Origin: Centroscyllium fabricii
Lineage: Eukaryota
Direction of reading: 5' to 3'
Assembly: GCA_051313645.2 (NCBI GenBank)
Contig: JBNRSN020000008.1
Coordinates: 276,644,001-276,708,000 of the forward strand
Length of the DNA stretch: 64,000 nucleotides
Every line of letters starts with the position of its first letter. The stretch's first letter is position 1. Shown in pieces: positions 25,229 through 36,000 of the stretch. The notes beneath the pieces were generated by a model. It had not been told where the DNA came from. It worked only from the letters and a program-made list of their open reading frames with translations, and did no database searches. The position numbers were made by a program, and so were the translations under genes.

Positions 25229-27160
25229 ATGTGGTCTAGGGATATATGTAAATTAATGAAGAAAAAAAGGGGGGCTTTTAACGAATATAAACGGCTAAAA
25301 ACTGAGGAGGCACTAGGGGAGTATAAGAAATATAGGGGGGATTTAAAGAAGGAGATAAGAAAAGCCAAGAGAGGTCATGAGATTACAATGGCCGGTAAAA
25401 TCAAGGATAACCCTAAGGCATTTTATAGTTATATAAAAAACAAAAGGATCACGAGGGAAAGGGTGGGGCCCATAAAAGACGATAGCGGAAAGCTGTGCGT
25501 CGAGCCTGAGGAGGTGGGGGAGGTACTAAATGAATTCTTCTCTTCAGTATTCACAAGAGAGAGGGACGACACCGACATCGAAATCGGACAGAATGTAGGG
25601 GGGGTAATTAAGGATATTACTATTACAAGGGAAGAAGTTCTAGAAATCTTGGGAGGCTTAAAGGTGGACAAATCACCAGGGCCGGACGCAATGTTCCCCA
25701 GGCTGCTGTTCGAGGCCAGGGAGGAGCTTGCGGGCCCCCTGTCTCAAATCTTCAGGACCTCTCTCACGTCAGGGGATGTGCCTGAGGACTGGAGAACGGC
25801 TAATGTAGTACCCCTGTTTAAAAAGGGTAGTAGGGACAAACCAGGCAACTACAGGCCAATCAGTCTTACATCTGTAGTGGGAAAAGTAATGGAAAAAATT
25901 CTGAGGGAAAAAATCAGTTCGCATTTGGACAACCAAGGTCTAATAAGAGACAGTCAGCATGGCTTCATCAAAGGTAAGTCGTGCCTGACCAATCTGTTGG
26001 AATTCTTTGACGAAGTAACAAAGAGGGTGGATGAAGGGAGTACTGTGGACGTAGTATATATGGACTTTAGCAAAGCTTTTGATAAAGTCCCACATAGGAG
26101 ACTAATAACAAAGGTTAGAGCGCACGGGATACAGGGTAACTTGGCACAGTGGATCGAAAATTGGCTGGGGGATAGGAGACAAAGGGTAATGGTAGAGGGC
26201 TGCTTCTGTGACTGGAAACCAGTAACCAGTGGCGTCCCCCAAGGATCGGTCTTGGGACCCTTACTGTTTCTAGTATACATCAACGATTTGGATATGGGAG
26301 TAGGGGGTACGATCAGCAAATTCGCTGATGATACGAAAATCGGAAGGGTGGTAAACAACGATGAGGATAGTAAGGGGCTTCAGGAGGATATAGACATAAT
26401 GGTTAATTGGGCAGAAAAATGGCAAATGGAGTTCAACCCAGAGAAATGCGAGGTCATTCAATTCGGTAGACCAAATGGGGTAAGGGAATACACCATGAAC
26501 AACAAAACGTTAAATAGGACCGAGGAGCAGAGGGACCTGGGGGTACAGGTGCACAGCTCCCTGAAGGTTGCTGGACACGTTAACAAGGTGGTTAAGAAGG
26601 CATACGGAATCCTCGCCTTTATTAACCAGGGCATAGTATACAAAAGTAGGGAGGTAATGTTAAACCTGTATAACACACTGGTGAGACCTCAGCTGGAGTA
26701 CTGTGTGCAGTTCTGGTCACCGCACTACAGGAAGGATGTGGCTGCCCTGGAGAGGGTGCAGAGAAGGTTTACCAGGATGATACCTGGTCTGGCGGACCTA
26801 TGCTACGAGGAAAGGCTGGACAGACTGGGGTTGTTTGCCTTGGAGAAAAGAAGGTGGAGGGGTGACATGATTGAGGTGTACAAGATCATGAGGGGACACG
26901 ATAGGGTAGACAAAGGGGCATTGTTTCCCCTGGTGGGAGAGTCAAGCACCAGGGGACATAGATTCAAGATCAGGGGGGGGAGGTTTAGGGGGGAGGTAAG
27001 GAGAAATTTCTTTACCCAGAGGGTGGTGGAAGACTGGAACTCCCTGCCTGTGAGGGTGGTGGAGGCAGGAACCATCGCAACATTTAAAAAATACTTGGAC
27101 CAGCACATGAAGGACCATAACATACAGGGTTATGGGCCAGGTGCGGGCAAATGGGGTTAG
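25229..27160 (+). CDS. CR1 LINE ORF2 fragment: reverse transcriptase plus C-terminal domain (643 aa, endonuclease domain lost by 5' truncation; the ATG comes from the satellite)
   Basis: Non-LTR RT motifs in order: KSPGPD, NYRPISLTSVVGKVME, QHGF, DFSKAFDKVPH, GVPQGSVLGPLLF (from 26231), catalytic FADD (26321-26332). CR1-type C-terminus: RPQLEYCVQFWSP, RGDMIEVYKI, TRGH, FFTQRVV..WNSLP. No internal stops or frameshifts. Expression is not shown. Confidence 0.92.
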   Translation: MWSRDICKLMKKKRGAFNEYKRLKTEEALGEYKKYRGDLKKEIRKAKRGHEITMAGKIKDNPKAFYSYIKNKRITRERVGPIKDDSGKLCVEPEEVGEVLNEFFSSVFTRERDDTDIEIGQNVGGVIKDITITREEVLEILGGLKVDKSPGPDAMFPRLLFEAREELAGPLSQIFRTSLTSGDVPEDWRTANVVPLFKKGSRDKPGNYRPISLTSVVGKVMEKILREKISSHLDNQGLIRDSQHGFIKGKSCLTNLLEFFDEVTKRVDEGSTVDVVYMDFSKAFDKVPHRRLITKVRAHGIQGNLAQWIENWLGDRRQRVMVEGCFCDWKPVTSGVPQGSVLGPLLFLVYINDLDMGVGGTISKFADDTKIGRVVNNDEDSKGLQEDIDIMVNWAEKWQMEFNPEKCEVIQFGRPNGVREYTMNNKTLNRTEEQRDLGVQVHSSLKVAGHVNKVVKKAYGILAFINQGIVYKSREVMLNLYNTLVRPQLEYCVQFWSPHYRKDVAALERVQRRFTRMIPGLADLCYEERLDRLGLFALEKRRWRGDMIEVYKIMRGHDRVDKGALFPLVGESSTRGHRFKIRGGRFRGEVRRNFFTQRVVEDWNSLPVRVVEAGTIATFKKYLDQHMKDHNIQGYGPGAGKWG

Positions 27161-27183
27161 TACAGGGAGGAGTTTTCCTGGGC

Positions 27184-27224
27184 CGGTGCGGACTGGATGG
27201 GCCGAATGGCCCTTATCCGCACTG
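27184..27224 (+). other. CR1 3'UTR stem-loop (putative RT recognition structure)
   Basis: Inner stem GGGCC (27199-27203), loop GAAT, GGCCC (27208-27212). Outer stem GTGCGGA (27186-27192) with TCCGCAC (27216-27222), which are exact reverse complements. A 3' hairpin before the tail repeat is established for CR1/L2-type LINEs. Confidence 0.85.
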
Positions 27225-27230
27225 TAAAAC

Positions 27231-27262
27231 TTCTATGATTCTATGATTCTATGATTCTATGA
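27231..27262 (+). repeat. (TTCTATGA)4 octamer tail of the CR1 element
   Basis: Four perfect copies starting at 27231, 27239, 27247 and 27255. Confidence 0.97.
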
Positions 27263-30200
27263 TCTGAAGACAGGGCCTTGGTTTTCCCAGGACTCAGAGG
27301 GAGATGTGATCTAGTATCTGAAGACAGGGCCTTGGTTTTCACTGGACTCAGGGGGAGATGTGTTCGAGTATCTGAAGACAGGGCCTTGGTTTTCACAGGA
27401 CTCAGGGGGAGATGTGATCGAGTATCTGAAGACAGGACCTTGGTTTTCACGGGACTCAGAGGGAGATGTGATCTAGTATCTGAAGACAGGACCTTGGTTT
27501 TCACCGGACTCAGAGGGAGATGTGATCGAGTATCTGAAGACAGGTCCTTGGTTTTCCCAGGACTCAGAGGGAGATGTGATCTAGTATCTGAAGACAGGGC
27601 CTTGGTTTTCCCAGACTCAGAGGGAGATGTGATCTAGTATCTGAAGACAGGACCTTGGTTTTCCCAGACTCAGAGGGAGATGTGTTCTAGTATCTGAAGA
27701 CAGGGCCTTGGTTTTAACAGGACTCAGAGGGAGATGTGATCGAGTATCTGAAGACAGGGCCTTGGTTTTCACAGACTCAGAGGGAGATGTGATCGAGTAT
27801 CTGAAGACAGGGCCTTGGTTTTCACTGGACTCCGAGGGAGATGCGATCGAGTATCTGAAGACAGGGCCTTGGTTTTCCCAGGACTCAGAGGGAGATGTGA
27901 TCTAGTATCTGAAGGCAGGGCCTTGGTTTTCACAGACTCAGAGGGAGATGTGATCGAGTATCTGAAGACAGGGCCTTGGTTTTCACTGGACTCCGAGGGA
28001 GATGTGATCGAGTATCTGAAGACAGGGCCTTGGTTTTCCCAGACTCAGAGGGAGATGTGATCTAGTATCTGAAGACAGGACCTTCGTTTTTCCCAGGACT
28101 CAGAGGGAGATGTGATCGAGTATCTGAAGACAGGGCCTTGGTTTTCCCAGGACTCAGGGGGAGATGTGATCTAGTATCTGAAGACAGGACCTTGGTTTTC
28201 CCAGGACTCAGAGGGAGATGTGATCGAGTATCTGAAGACAGGGCCTTGGTTTCACAGGACTCAGGGGGAGATGTGATCGAGTATCTGAAGACAGGGCCTT
28301 GGTTTTCACAGACTCAGAGGGAGATGTGATCGAGTATCTGAAGACAGGGCCTTGGTTTTCCCAGACTCAGAGGGAGATGTGATCTAGTGTCTGAAGACAG
28401 GGCCTTGGTTTTCCCAGGACTCAGAGGGAGATGTGATCTAGTATCTGAAGACACGACCTTGGTTTTCACAGGACTCAGAGGGAGATGTGTTCGAGTATCT
28501 GAAGACAGGGCCTTGGTTTTCACCGGACTCTGAGGGAGATGTGATCTAGTATCTGAAGACAGGGCCTTGGTATTCACCGGACTCAGAGGGAGATGTGATC
28601 TAGTATCTGAAGACAGGGCCTTGGTTTTCACGGGACTCAGAGGGAGATGTGATCGAGTATCTGAAGACAGGGCCTTGGTTTTCACAGGACTCAGAGGGAG
28701 ATGTGATCTAGTATCTGAAGACAGGGCCTTGGTATTCCCAGGACTCAGAGGGAGATGTGATCTAGTATCTGAAGACAGGACCTTGGTTTTCCCAGGACTC
28801 AGAGGGAGATGTGATCTAGTATCTGAGACAGGGCCTTGGTTTTCCCAGGACTCAGAGGGAGATGTGATCTAGTATCTGAAGTCAGGGCCTTGGTTTTCCC
28901 AGACTCAGAGGGAGATGTGATCTAGTATCTGAAGACAGGGCCTTGATTTTCCCAGGACTCAGAGGGAGATGTGATCTAGTATCTGAAGACAGGACCTTGG
29001 TTTTCCCAGGACTCAGAGGGAGATGTGATCTAGTATCTGAAGACAGGACATTGGTTTTCCCAGGACTCAGAGGGAGATGTGATCTAGTATCTGAAGACAG
29101 GGCCTTGGTTTTCCCAGGACTCAGAGAGAGATGTGATCTAGTATCTGAAGACAGGGCCTTGGTTTTCCCAGACTCAGGGGGAGATGTGATCGAGTATCTG
29201 AAGACAGGGCTTTGGTTTTCCCAGACTCAGAGGGAGATGTGATCGAGTATCTGAAGACAGGGCCTTGGTTTTCACGGGACTCAGGGGGAGATGTGATCGA
29301 GTATCTGAAGACAGGACCTTGGTTTTCCCAGGACTCAGAGGGAGACGTGATCGAGTATCTGAAGACAGGACCTTGGTTTTCACCGGACTCAGAGGTTGAT
29401 GTGATCGAGTATCTGAAGACAGGACTTTGGTTTTCCCAGGACTCAGAGGGAGATGTGATCTAGTATCTGAAGACAGGGCCTTGGTTTTCCCAGACTCAGA
29501 GGGAGATGTGATCCAGTATCTCAAGACAGGACCTTGGTTTTCCCGGGACTCAGGGGGAGATGTGATCGATAATCTGAAGACAGGGCCTTGGTTTTCACGG
29601 GACTCAGAGGGATATGTGATCGAGTATCTGAAGACAGGGCCTTGGTTTTCACCGGTCTCAGGGGGAGATGTGATCGAGTATCTGAAGACAGGACCTTGGT
29701 TTTCCCGGGACTCAGAGGGAGATGTGATCTAGTATCTGAAGACAGGGCCTTGGTTTTCACGGGACTCAGAGGGAGATGTGATCGAGTATCTGAAGACAGG
29801 ACCTTGGTTTTCACGGGACTCAGAGGGAGATGTGATCGAGTATCTGAAGACAGGGCCTTGGTTTTCACTGGACTCAGGGGGAGATGTGATCTAGTATCTG
29901 AAGACAGGACCTTGGTTTCCCCGGGACTCAGGGGGAGATGTGATCTAGTATCTGAAGACAGGGCCTTGGTTTTCACAGGAATCAGAGGGAGATGTGATCT
30001 AGTATCTGAAGACAGGACCTTGGTTTTCACTGGACTCAGGGGGAGATGTGATCTAGTATCTGAAGACAGGACCTTGGTTTCCCCGGGACTCAGAGGGAGA
30101 TGTGATCTAGTATCTGAAGACAGGGCCTTGGTTTTCACTGGACTCAGGGGCAGATGTGATCTAGTATCTGAAGACAGGACCTTGGTTTCCCCGGGACTCA

Positions 30201-33049
30201 GAGGGAGATGTGATCTAGTATCTGAAGACAGGGCCTTGGTTTTCCCAGGACTCAGAGGGAGATGTGATCGAGTATCTGAAGACAGGACCTTGGTTTTCCC
30301 AGACTCAGAGGGAGATGTGATCTAGTATCTGAAGACAGGGCCTTGGTTTTCACAGGACTCAGAGGGAGATGTGATCGAGTATCTGAAGACAGGGCCTTGG
30401 TTTTCACAGACTCAGAGGGAGATGTGATCGAGTATCTGAAGACAGGGCCTTGGTTTTCACTGGACTCCGAGGGAGATGTGATCGAGTATCTGAAGACAGG
30501 GCCTTGGTTTTCCCAGGACTCAGAGGGAGATGTGATCTAGTATCTGAAGACAGGGCCTTGGTTTTCACAGACTCAGAGGGAGATGTGATCGAGTATCTGA
30601 AGACAGGGCCTTGGTTTTCACTGGACTCCGAGGGAGATGTGATCGAGTATCTGAAGACAGGGCCTTGGTTTTCCCAGACTCAGAGGGAGATGTGATCTAG
30701 TATCTGAAGACAGGACCTTGGTTTTTCCCAGGACTCAGAGGGAGATGTGATCGAGTATCTGAAGACAGGGCCTTGGTTTTCCCAGGACTCAGGGGGAGAT
30801 GTGATCGAGTATCTGAAACAGGGCCTTGGTTTTCACAGACTCAGAGGGAGATGTGATCGAGTATCTGAAGACAGGGCCTTGGTTTTCACTGGACTCCGAG
30901 GGAGATGTGATCGAGTATCTGAAGACAGGGCCTTGGTTTTCCCAGGACTCAGAGGGAGATGTGATCTAGTATCTGAAGACAGGGCCTTGGTTTTCACAGA
31001 CTCAGAGGGAGATGTGATCGAGTATCTGAAGACAGGGCCTTGGTTTTCACTGGACTCCGAGGGAGATGTGATCGAGTATCTGAAGACAGGGCCTTGGTTT
31101 TCCCAGACTCAGAGGGAGATGTGATCTAGTATCTGAAGACAGGACCTTGGTTTTTCCCAGGACTCAGAGGGAGATGTGATCGAGTATCTGAAGACAGGGC
31201 CTTGGTTTTCCCAGGACTCAGGGGGAGATGTGATCGAGTATCTGAAGACAGGACCTTGGTTTTCCCAGGACTCAGAGGGAGATGTGATCGAGTATCTGAA
31301 GACAGGGCCTTGGTTTTTCCCAGGACTCAGAGGGAGATGTGATAGAGTATCTGAAGACAGGGCCTTGGTTTTCCCAGGACTCAGGGGGAGATGTGATCGA
31401 GTATCTGAAGACAGGACCTTGGTTTTCCCAGGACTCAGAGGGAGATGTGATCGAGTATCTGAAGACAGGGCCTTGGTTTCCCAGGACTCAGGGGGAGATG
31501 TGATCGAGTATCTGAAGACAGGGCCTTGGTTTTCCCGGGACTCAGAGGGAGATGTGATCTAGTATCTGAAGACAGGACCTTGGTTTTCCCAGGACTCAGA
31601 GGGAGATGTGATCGAGTATCTGAAGACAGGGCCTTGGTTTTCCCGGGACTCAGAGGGAGATGTGATCTAGTATCTGAAGACAGGGACTTGGTTTTCAGCG
31701 GACTTAAGGGGGAGATGTGATCTAGTATCTGAAGACAGGGCCTTGGTTTTCACGGGACTCGGGGAGATGTGATCGAGTATCTGAAGACAGGGCCGTGGTT
31801 TTCACAGGACTCAGAGGGAGATGTGATCTAGTATCTGAAGACAGGACCTTGGTTTTCACGGGACTCAGAGGGAGATGTGATCGACTATCAGAAGACAGGG
31901 CCTTGGTTTTCCGCGGGACACAGAGGGAGATGTGATCTAGTATCTGAAGACAGGGCCTTGCTTTTCACGGGACTCAGAGGGAGATGTGATCGAGTATCTG
32001 AAGACAGGGCCTTGGTTTTCACGGGACTCAGAGGGAGATGTGATCGAGTATCTGAAGACAGGACCTTGGTTTTCCCAGACTCAGAGGGAGATGTGATCTA
32101 GTATCTGAAGACAGGGCTTTGGTTTTCCCAGACTCAGAGGGAGATGTGATCTAGTATCTGAAGACAGGGCCTTGGTTTTCACAGGACTCAGGGGGAGATG
32201 TGATCGAGTATCTGAAGACAGGGCCTTGGTTTTCCCAGGACTCAGAGGGAGATGTGATCTAGTATCTGAAGACAGGGCCTTGGTTTTCACTGGACTCAGG
32301 GGGAGATGTGATCGAGTATCTGAAGACAGGGCCTTGGTTTTCACAGGACTCAGGGGGAGATGTGATCGAGTATCTGAAGACAGGTCTTTGGTTTTCACGG
32401 GACTCAGAGGGAGATGTGATCTAGTATCTGAAGACCGGGCCTTGATTTTCACGGGACTCAGAGGGAGATGTGATCGAGTATCTGAAGACAGGGCCTTGGT
32501 TTTCACAGGACTCAGAGGGAGATGTGATCTAGTATCTGAAGACAGGGCCTTGGTTTTCCCAGGACTCAGAGGGAGATGTGATCTAGTATCTGAAGACAGG
32601 ACCTTGGTTTTCCCAGGACTCAGAGGGAGATGTGATCTAGTATCTGAGACAGGGCCTTGGTTTTCCCAGGACTCAGAGGGAGATGTGATCTAGTATCTGA
32701 AGACAGGGCCTTGGTTTTCCCAGACTCAGAGGGAGATGTGATCTAGTATCTGAAGACAGGGCCTTGGTTTCCCAGACTCAGAGGGAGATGTGATCGAGTA
32801 TCTGAAGACAGGGCTTTGGTTTTCACGGGACTCAGGGGGAGATGTGATCGAGTATCTGAAGACAGGGCCTTGGTTTTCCCAGGACTCAGAGGGAGATGTG
32901 ATCTAGTATCTGAAGACAGGACCTTGGTTTTCCCAGGACTCAGAGGGAGATGTGATCTAGTATCTGAAGACAGGACCTTGGTTTTCCCAGATTCCGAGGG
33001 AGATGTGATCGAGTATCTGAAGACAGGGCGTTGGTTTTCACGGGACTCA

Positions 33050-36000
33050 GGGGGAGATGTGATCGAGTATCTGAAGACAGGACCTTGGTTTTCCCAGGAC
33101 TCAGAGGGAGATGTGATCTAGTATCTGAAGTCAGGTCCTTGGTTTTCCCAGACTCAGAGGGAGATGTGATCTAGTATCTGAAGACAGGACCTTGGTTTTC
33201 CCGGGACTCAGGGGGAGATGTGATCGAGTATCTGAAGACAGGGCCTTGGTTTTCACTGGACTCAGGGGGAGATGTGATCGAGTATCTGAAGACAGGGCCA
33301 TGGTTTTCACAGGACTCAGGGGGAGATGTGATCGAGTATCTGAAGACAGGGCCTAGGTTTTCCCAGGACTCAGAGGGAGATGTGATCTAGTATCTGAAGA
33401 CAGGGCCTTGGTTTTCACTGGACTCAGGGGGAGATGTGATCGAGTATCTGAAGACAGGGCCTTGGTTTTCACAGGACTCAGGGGGAGATGTGATCGAGTA
33501 TCTGAAGACAGGACCTTAGTTTTCACGGGACTCAGAGGGAGATGTGATCTAGTATCTGAAGACAGGGCCTTGGTTTTCACGGGACTCAGAGGGAGATGTG
33601 ATCGAGTATCTGAAGACAGGGCCTTGGTTTTCCCAGACTCAGAGGGAGATGTGATCGAGTATCTGAAGCAGGGCCTTGGTTTTCACCGGACTCAGAGGGA
33701 GATGTGATCTAGTATCTGAAGACAGGACCTTGGTTTCCCCGGGACTCCGGGGGAGATGTGATCGAGTATCTGAAGACAGGGCCTTGGTTTCCCAGGACTC
33801 AGAAGGAGATGTGATCGAGTATCTGAAGACAGGGCCTTGGTTTGCCCAGGACTCAGAGGGAGATGTGATCGTGTATCTGAAGACAGGGCCTTGGTTTTTC
33901 CCAGGACTCAGAGGGAGATGTGATCGAGTATCTGATGACAGGGCCTTGGTTTTCATCGGACTCAGAGGGAGATGTGATCTAGTATCTGAAGACAGGACCT
34001 TGGTTTCCCCGGGACTCAGGGGGAGATGTGATCTAGTATCTGAAGACAGGGCCTTGGTTTTCCCGGGACTCAGAGGGAGATGTGATCGAGTATCTGAAGA
34101 CAGGGCCTTGGTTTTCCCGGGACTCAGAGGGAGATGTGATCGAGTATCTGAAGACAGGGCCTTGGTTTTCCCGGGACTCAGAGGGAGATGTGATCTAGTA
34201 TCTGAAGACAGGACCTTGGTTTTCCCAGGACTCAGAGGGAGATGTGATCGAGTATCTGAAGACAGGGCCTTGGTTTTCCCGGGACTCAGAGGGAGATGTG
34301 ATCTAGTATCTGAAGACAGGGACTTGGTTTTCAGCGGACTCAGGGGGAGATGTGATCTAGTATCTGAAGACAGGGCCTTGGTTTTCACGGGACTCGGGAA
34401 GATGTGATCGAGTATCTGAAGACAGGGCCTTGGTTTTCACAGGACTCAGAGGGAGATGTGATCTAGTATCTGAAGACAGGACCTTGGTTTTCACGGGACT
34501 CAGAGGGAGATGTGATCGAGTATCTGAAGACAGGGCCTTGCTTTTCCCCGGGACTCAGAGGGAGATGTGATCTAGTATCTGAAGACAGGGCCTTGGTTTT
34601 CACGGGACTCAGAGGGAGATGTGATCGAGTATCTGAAGACAGGGCCTTGTTTTTCACGGGACTCAGAGGGAGATGTGATCGAGTATCTGAAGACAGGACC
34701 TTGGTTTTCCCAGACTCAGAGGGAGATGTGATCTAGTATCTGAAGACAGGGCTTTGGTTTTCCCAGACTCAGAGGGAGATGTGATCTAGTATCTGAAGAC
34801 AGGGCCTTGGTTTTCACAGGACTCAGGGGGAGATGTGATCGAGTATCTGAAGACAGGGCCTTGGTTTTCCCAGGACTCAGAGGGAGATGTGATCTAGTAT
34901 CTGAAGACAGGGCCTTGGTTTTCACTGGACTCAGAGGGAGATGTGATCGAGTATCTGAAGACAGGGCCTTGGTTTTCACAGGACTCAGGGGGAGATGTGA
35001 TCGAGTATCTGAAGACAGGACCTTGGTTTTCACGGGACTCAGAGGGAGATGTGATCTAGTATCTGAAGACAGGGCCTTGGTTTTCACGGGACTCAGAGGG
35101 AGATGTGATCGAGTATCTGAAGACAGGGCTTTGGTTTTCACAGGACTCAGAGGGAGATGTGATCTAGTATCTGAAGACAGGGCCTTGGTTTTCCCAGGAC
35201 TCAGAGGGAGATGTGATCTAGTATCTGAACACAGGACCTTGGTTTTCCCAGGACTCAGAGGGAGATGTGATCTAGTATCTGAGACAGGGCCTTGGTTTTA
35301 CCAGGACTCAGAGGGAGATGTGATCTAGTATCTGAAGACAGGGCCTTGGTTTTACCAGACTCAGAGGGAGATGTGATCTAGTATCTGAAGACAGGGCCTT
35401 GGTTTCCCAGACTCAGAGGGAGATGTGATCGAGTATCAGAAGACAGGGCCTTGGTTTTCACGGGACTCAGGGGGAGATGTGATCGAGTGTCTGAAGACAG
35501 GGCCTTGGTTTTCCCAGGACTCAGAGGGAGATGTGATCTAGTATCTGAAGACAGGACCTTGGTTTTCCCAGGACTCAGAGGGAGATGTGATCTAGTATCT
35601 GAAGACAGTGCCTTGGTTTTCGCAGGACTCAGAGGGAGATGTGATCTAGTATCTGAAGACAAGGCCTTGGTTTTCCCAGACTCAGGGGGAGATGTGATCG
35701 AGTATCTGAAGACAGGACCTTGGTTTTCCCAGATTCAGAGGGAGATGTGATCGAGTATCTGAAGACAGGGCGTTGGTTTTCACGGGAATCAGGGGGAGAT
35801 GTGATCGAGTATCTGAAGACAGGACCTTGGTTTTCCCAGGACTCAGAGGGAGATGTGATCGAGTATCTGAAGACAGGACCTTGGTTTTCACCGGACTCAG
35901 AGGGAGATGTGATCGAGTATCTGAAGACAGGACCTTGGTTTTCCCAGGACTCAGAGGGAGATGTGATCTAGTATCTGAAGACAGGGCCTTGGTTTTCCCA

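Larger units (their letters stand above)
1..25233. repeat. 54-bp tandem satellite array, left arm (continues beyond window start)
   Basis: Bases 1-54 (GGTTTTCACGGGACTCAGGGGGAGATGTGATCGAGTATCTGAAGACAGGACCTT) recur head-to-tail with no unique spacer and in one orientation. 53-bp variants (CCCAGACTC, TCTGAGACA) shift the reading frame. The array ends at ...GGGGGAGATGTG (25233). Confidence 0.99.
25234..27262 (+). mobile_element. 5'-truncated CR1-clade non-LTR retrotransposon (LINE), ~2.03 kb
   Basis: The only non-satellite sequence in the window. It has an RT ORF with CR1-type motifs, a ~70-bp 3'UTR with a hairpin, and an octamer tail (TTCTATGA)4 matching the CR1 ATTCTRTG tail. There is no ORF1, endonuclease domain, LTR or poly(A). 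Confidence 0.96.

Noticed and set aside
25429-27123. Minus-strand ORFs of 63-134 aa within the LINE
   Set aside because: Antisense shadows of the RT ORF with no recognisable motifs.
25229-27160. Bacterial RT system (retron, DGR, group II intron, CRISPR-associated RT) or telomerase-like RT that synthesises the flanking repeats
   Set aside because: The motifs, C-terminal domain, 3' hairpin and octamer tail are those of a CR1 LINE. It interrupts a monomer mid-unit, as an insertion would, and carries no exact template copy of the repeat.
25220-27280. Target-site duplication flanking the LINE
   Set aside because: Apparent flank similarity is just the satellite itself. Comparison with paralogous empty sites shows a short deletion instead.
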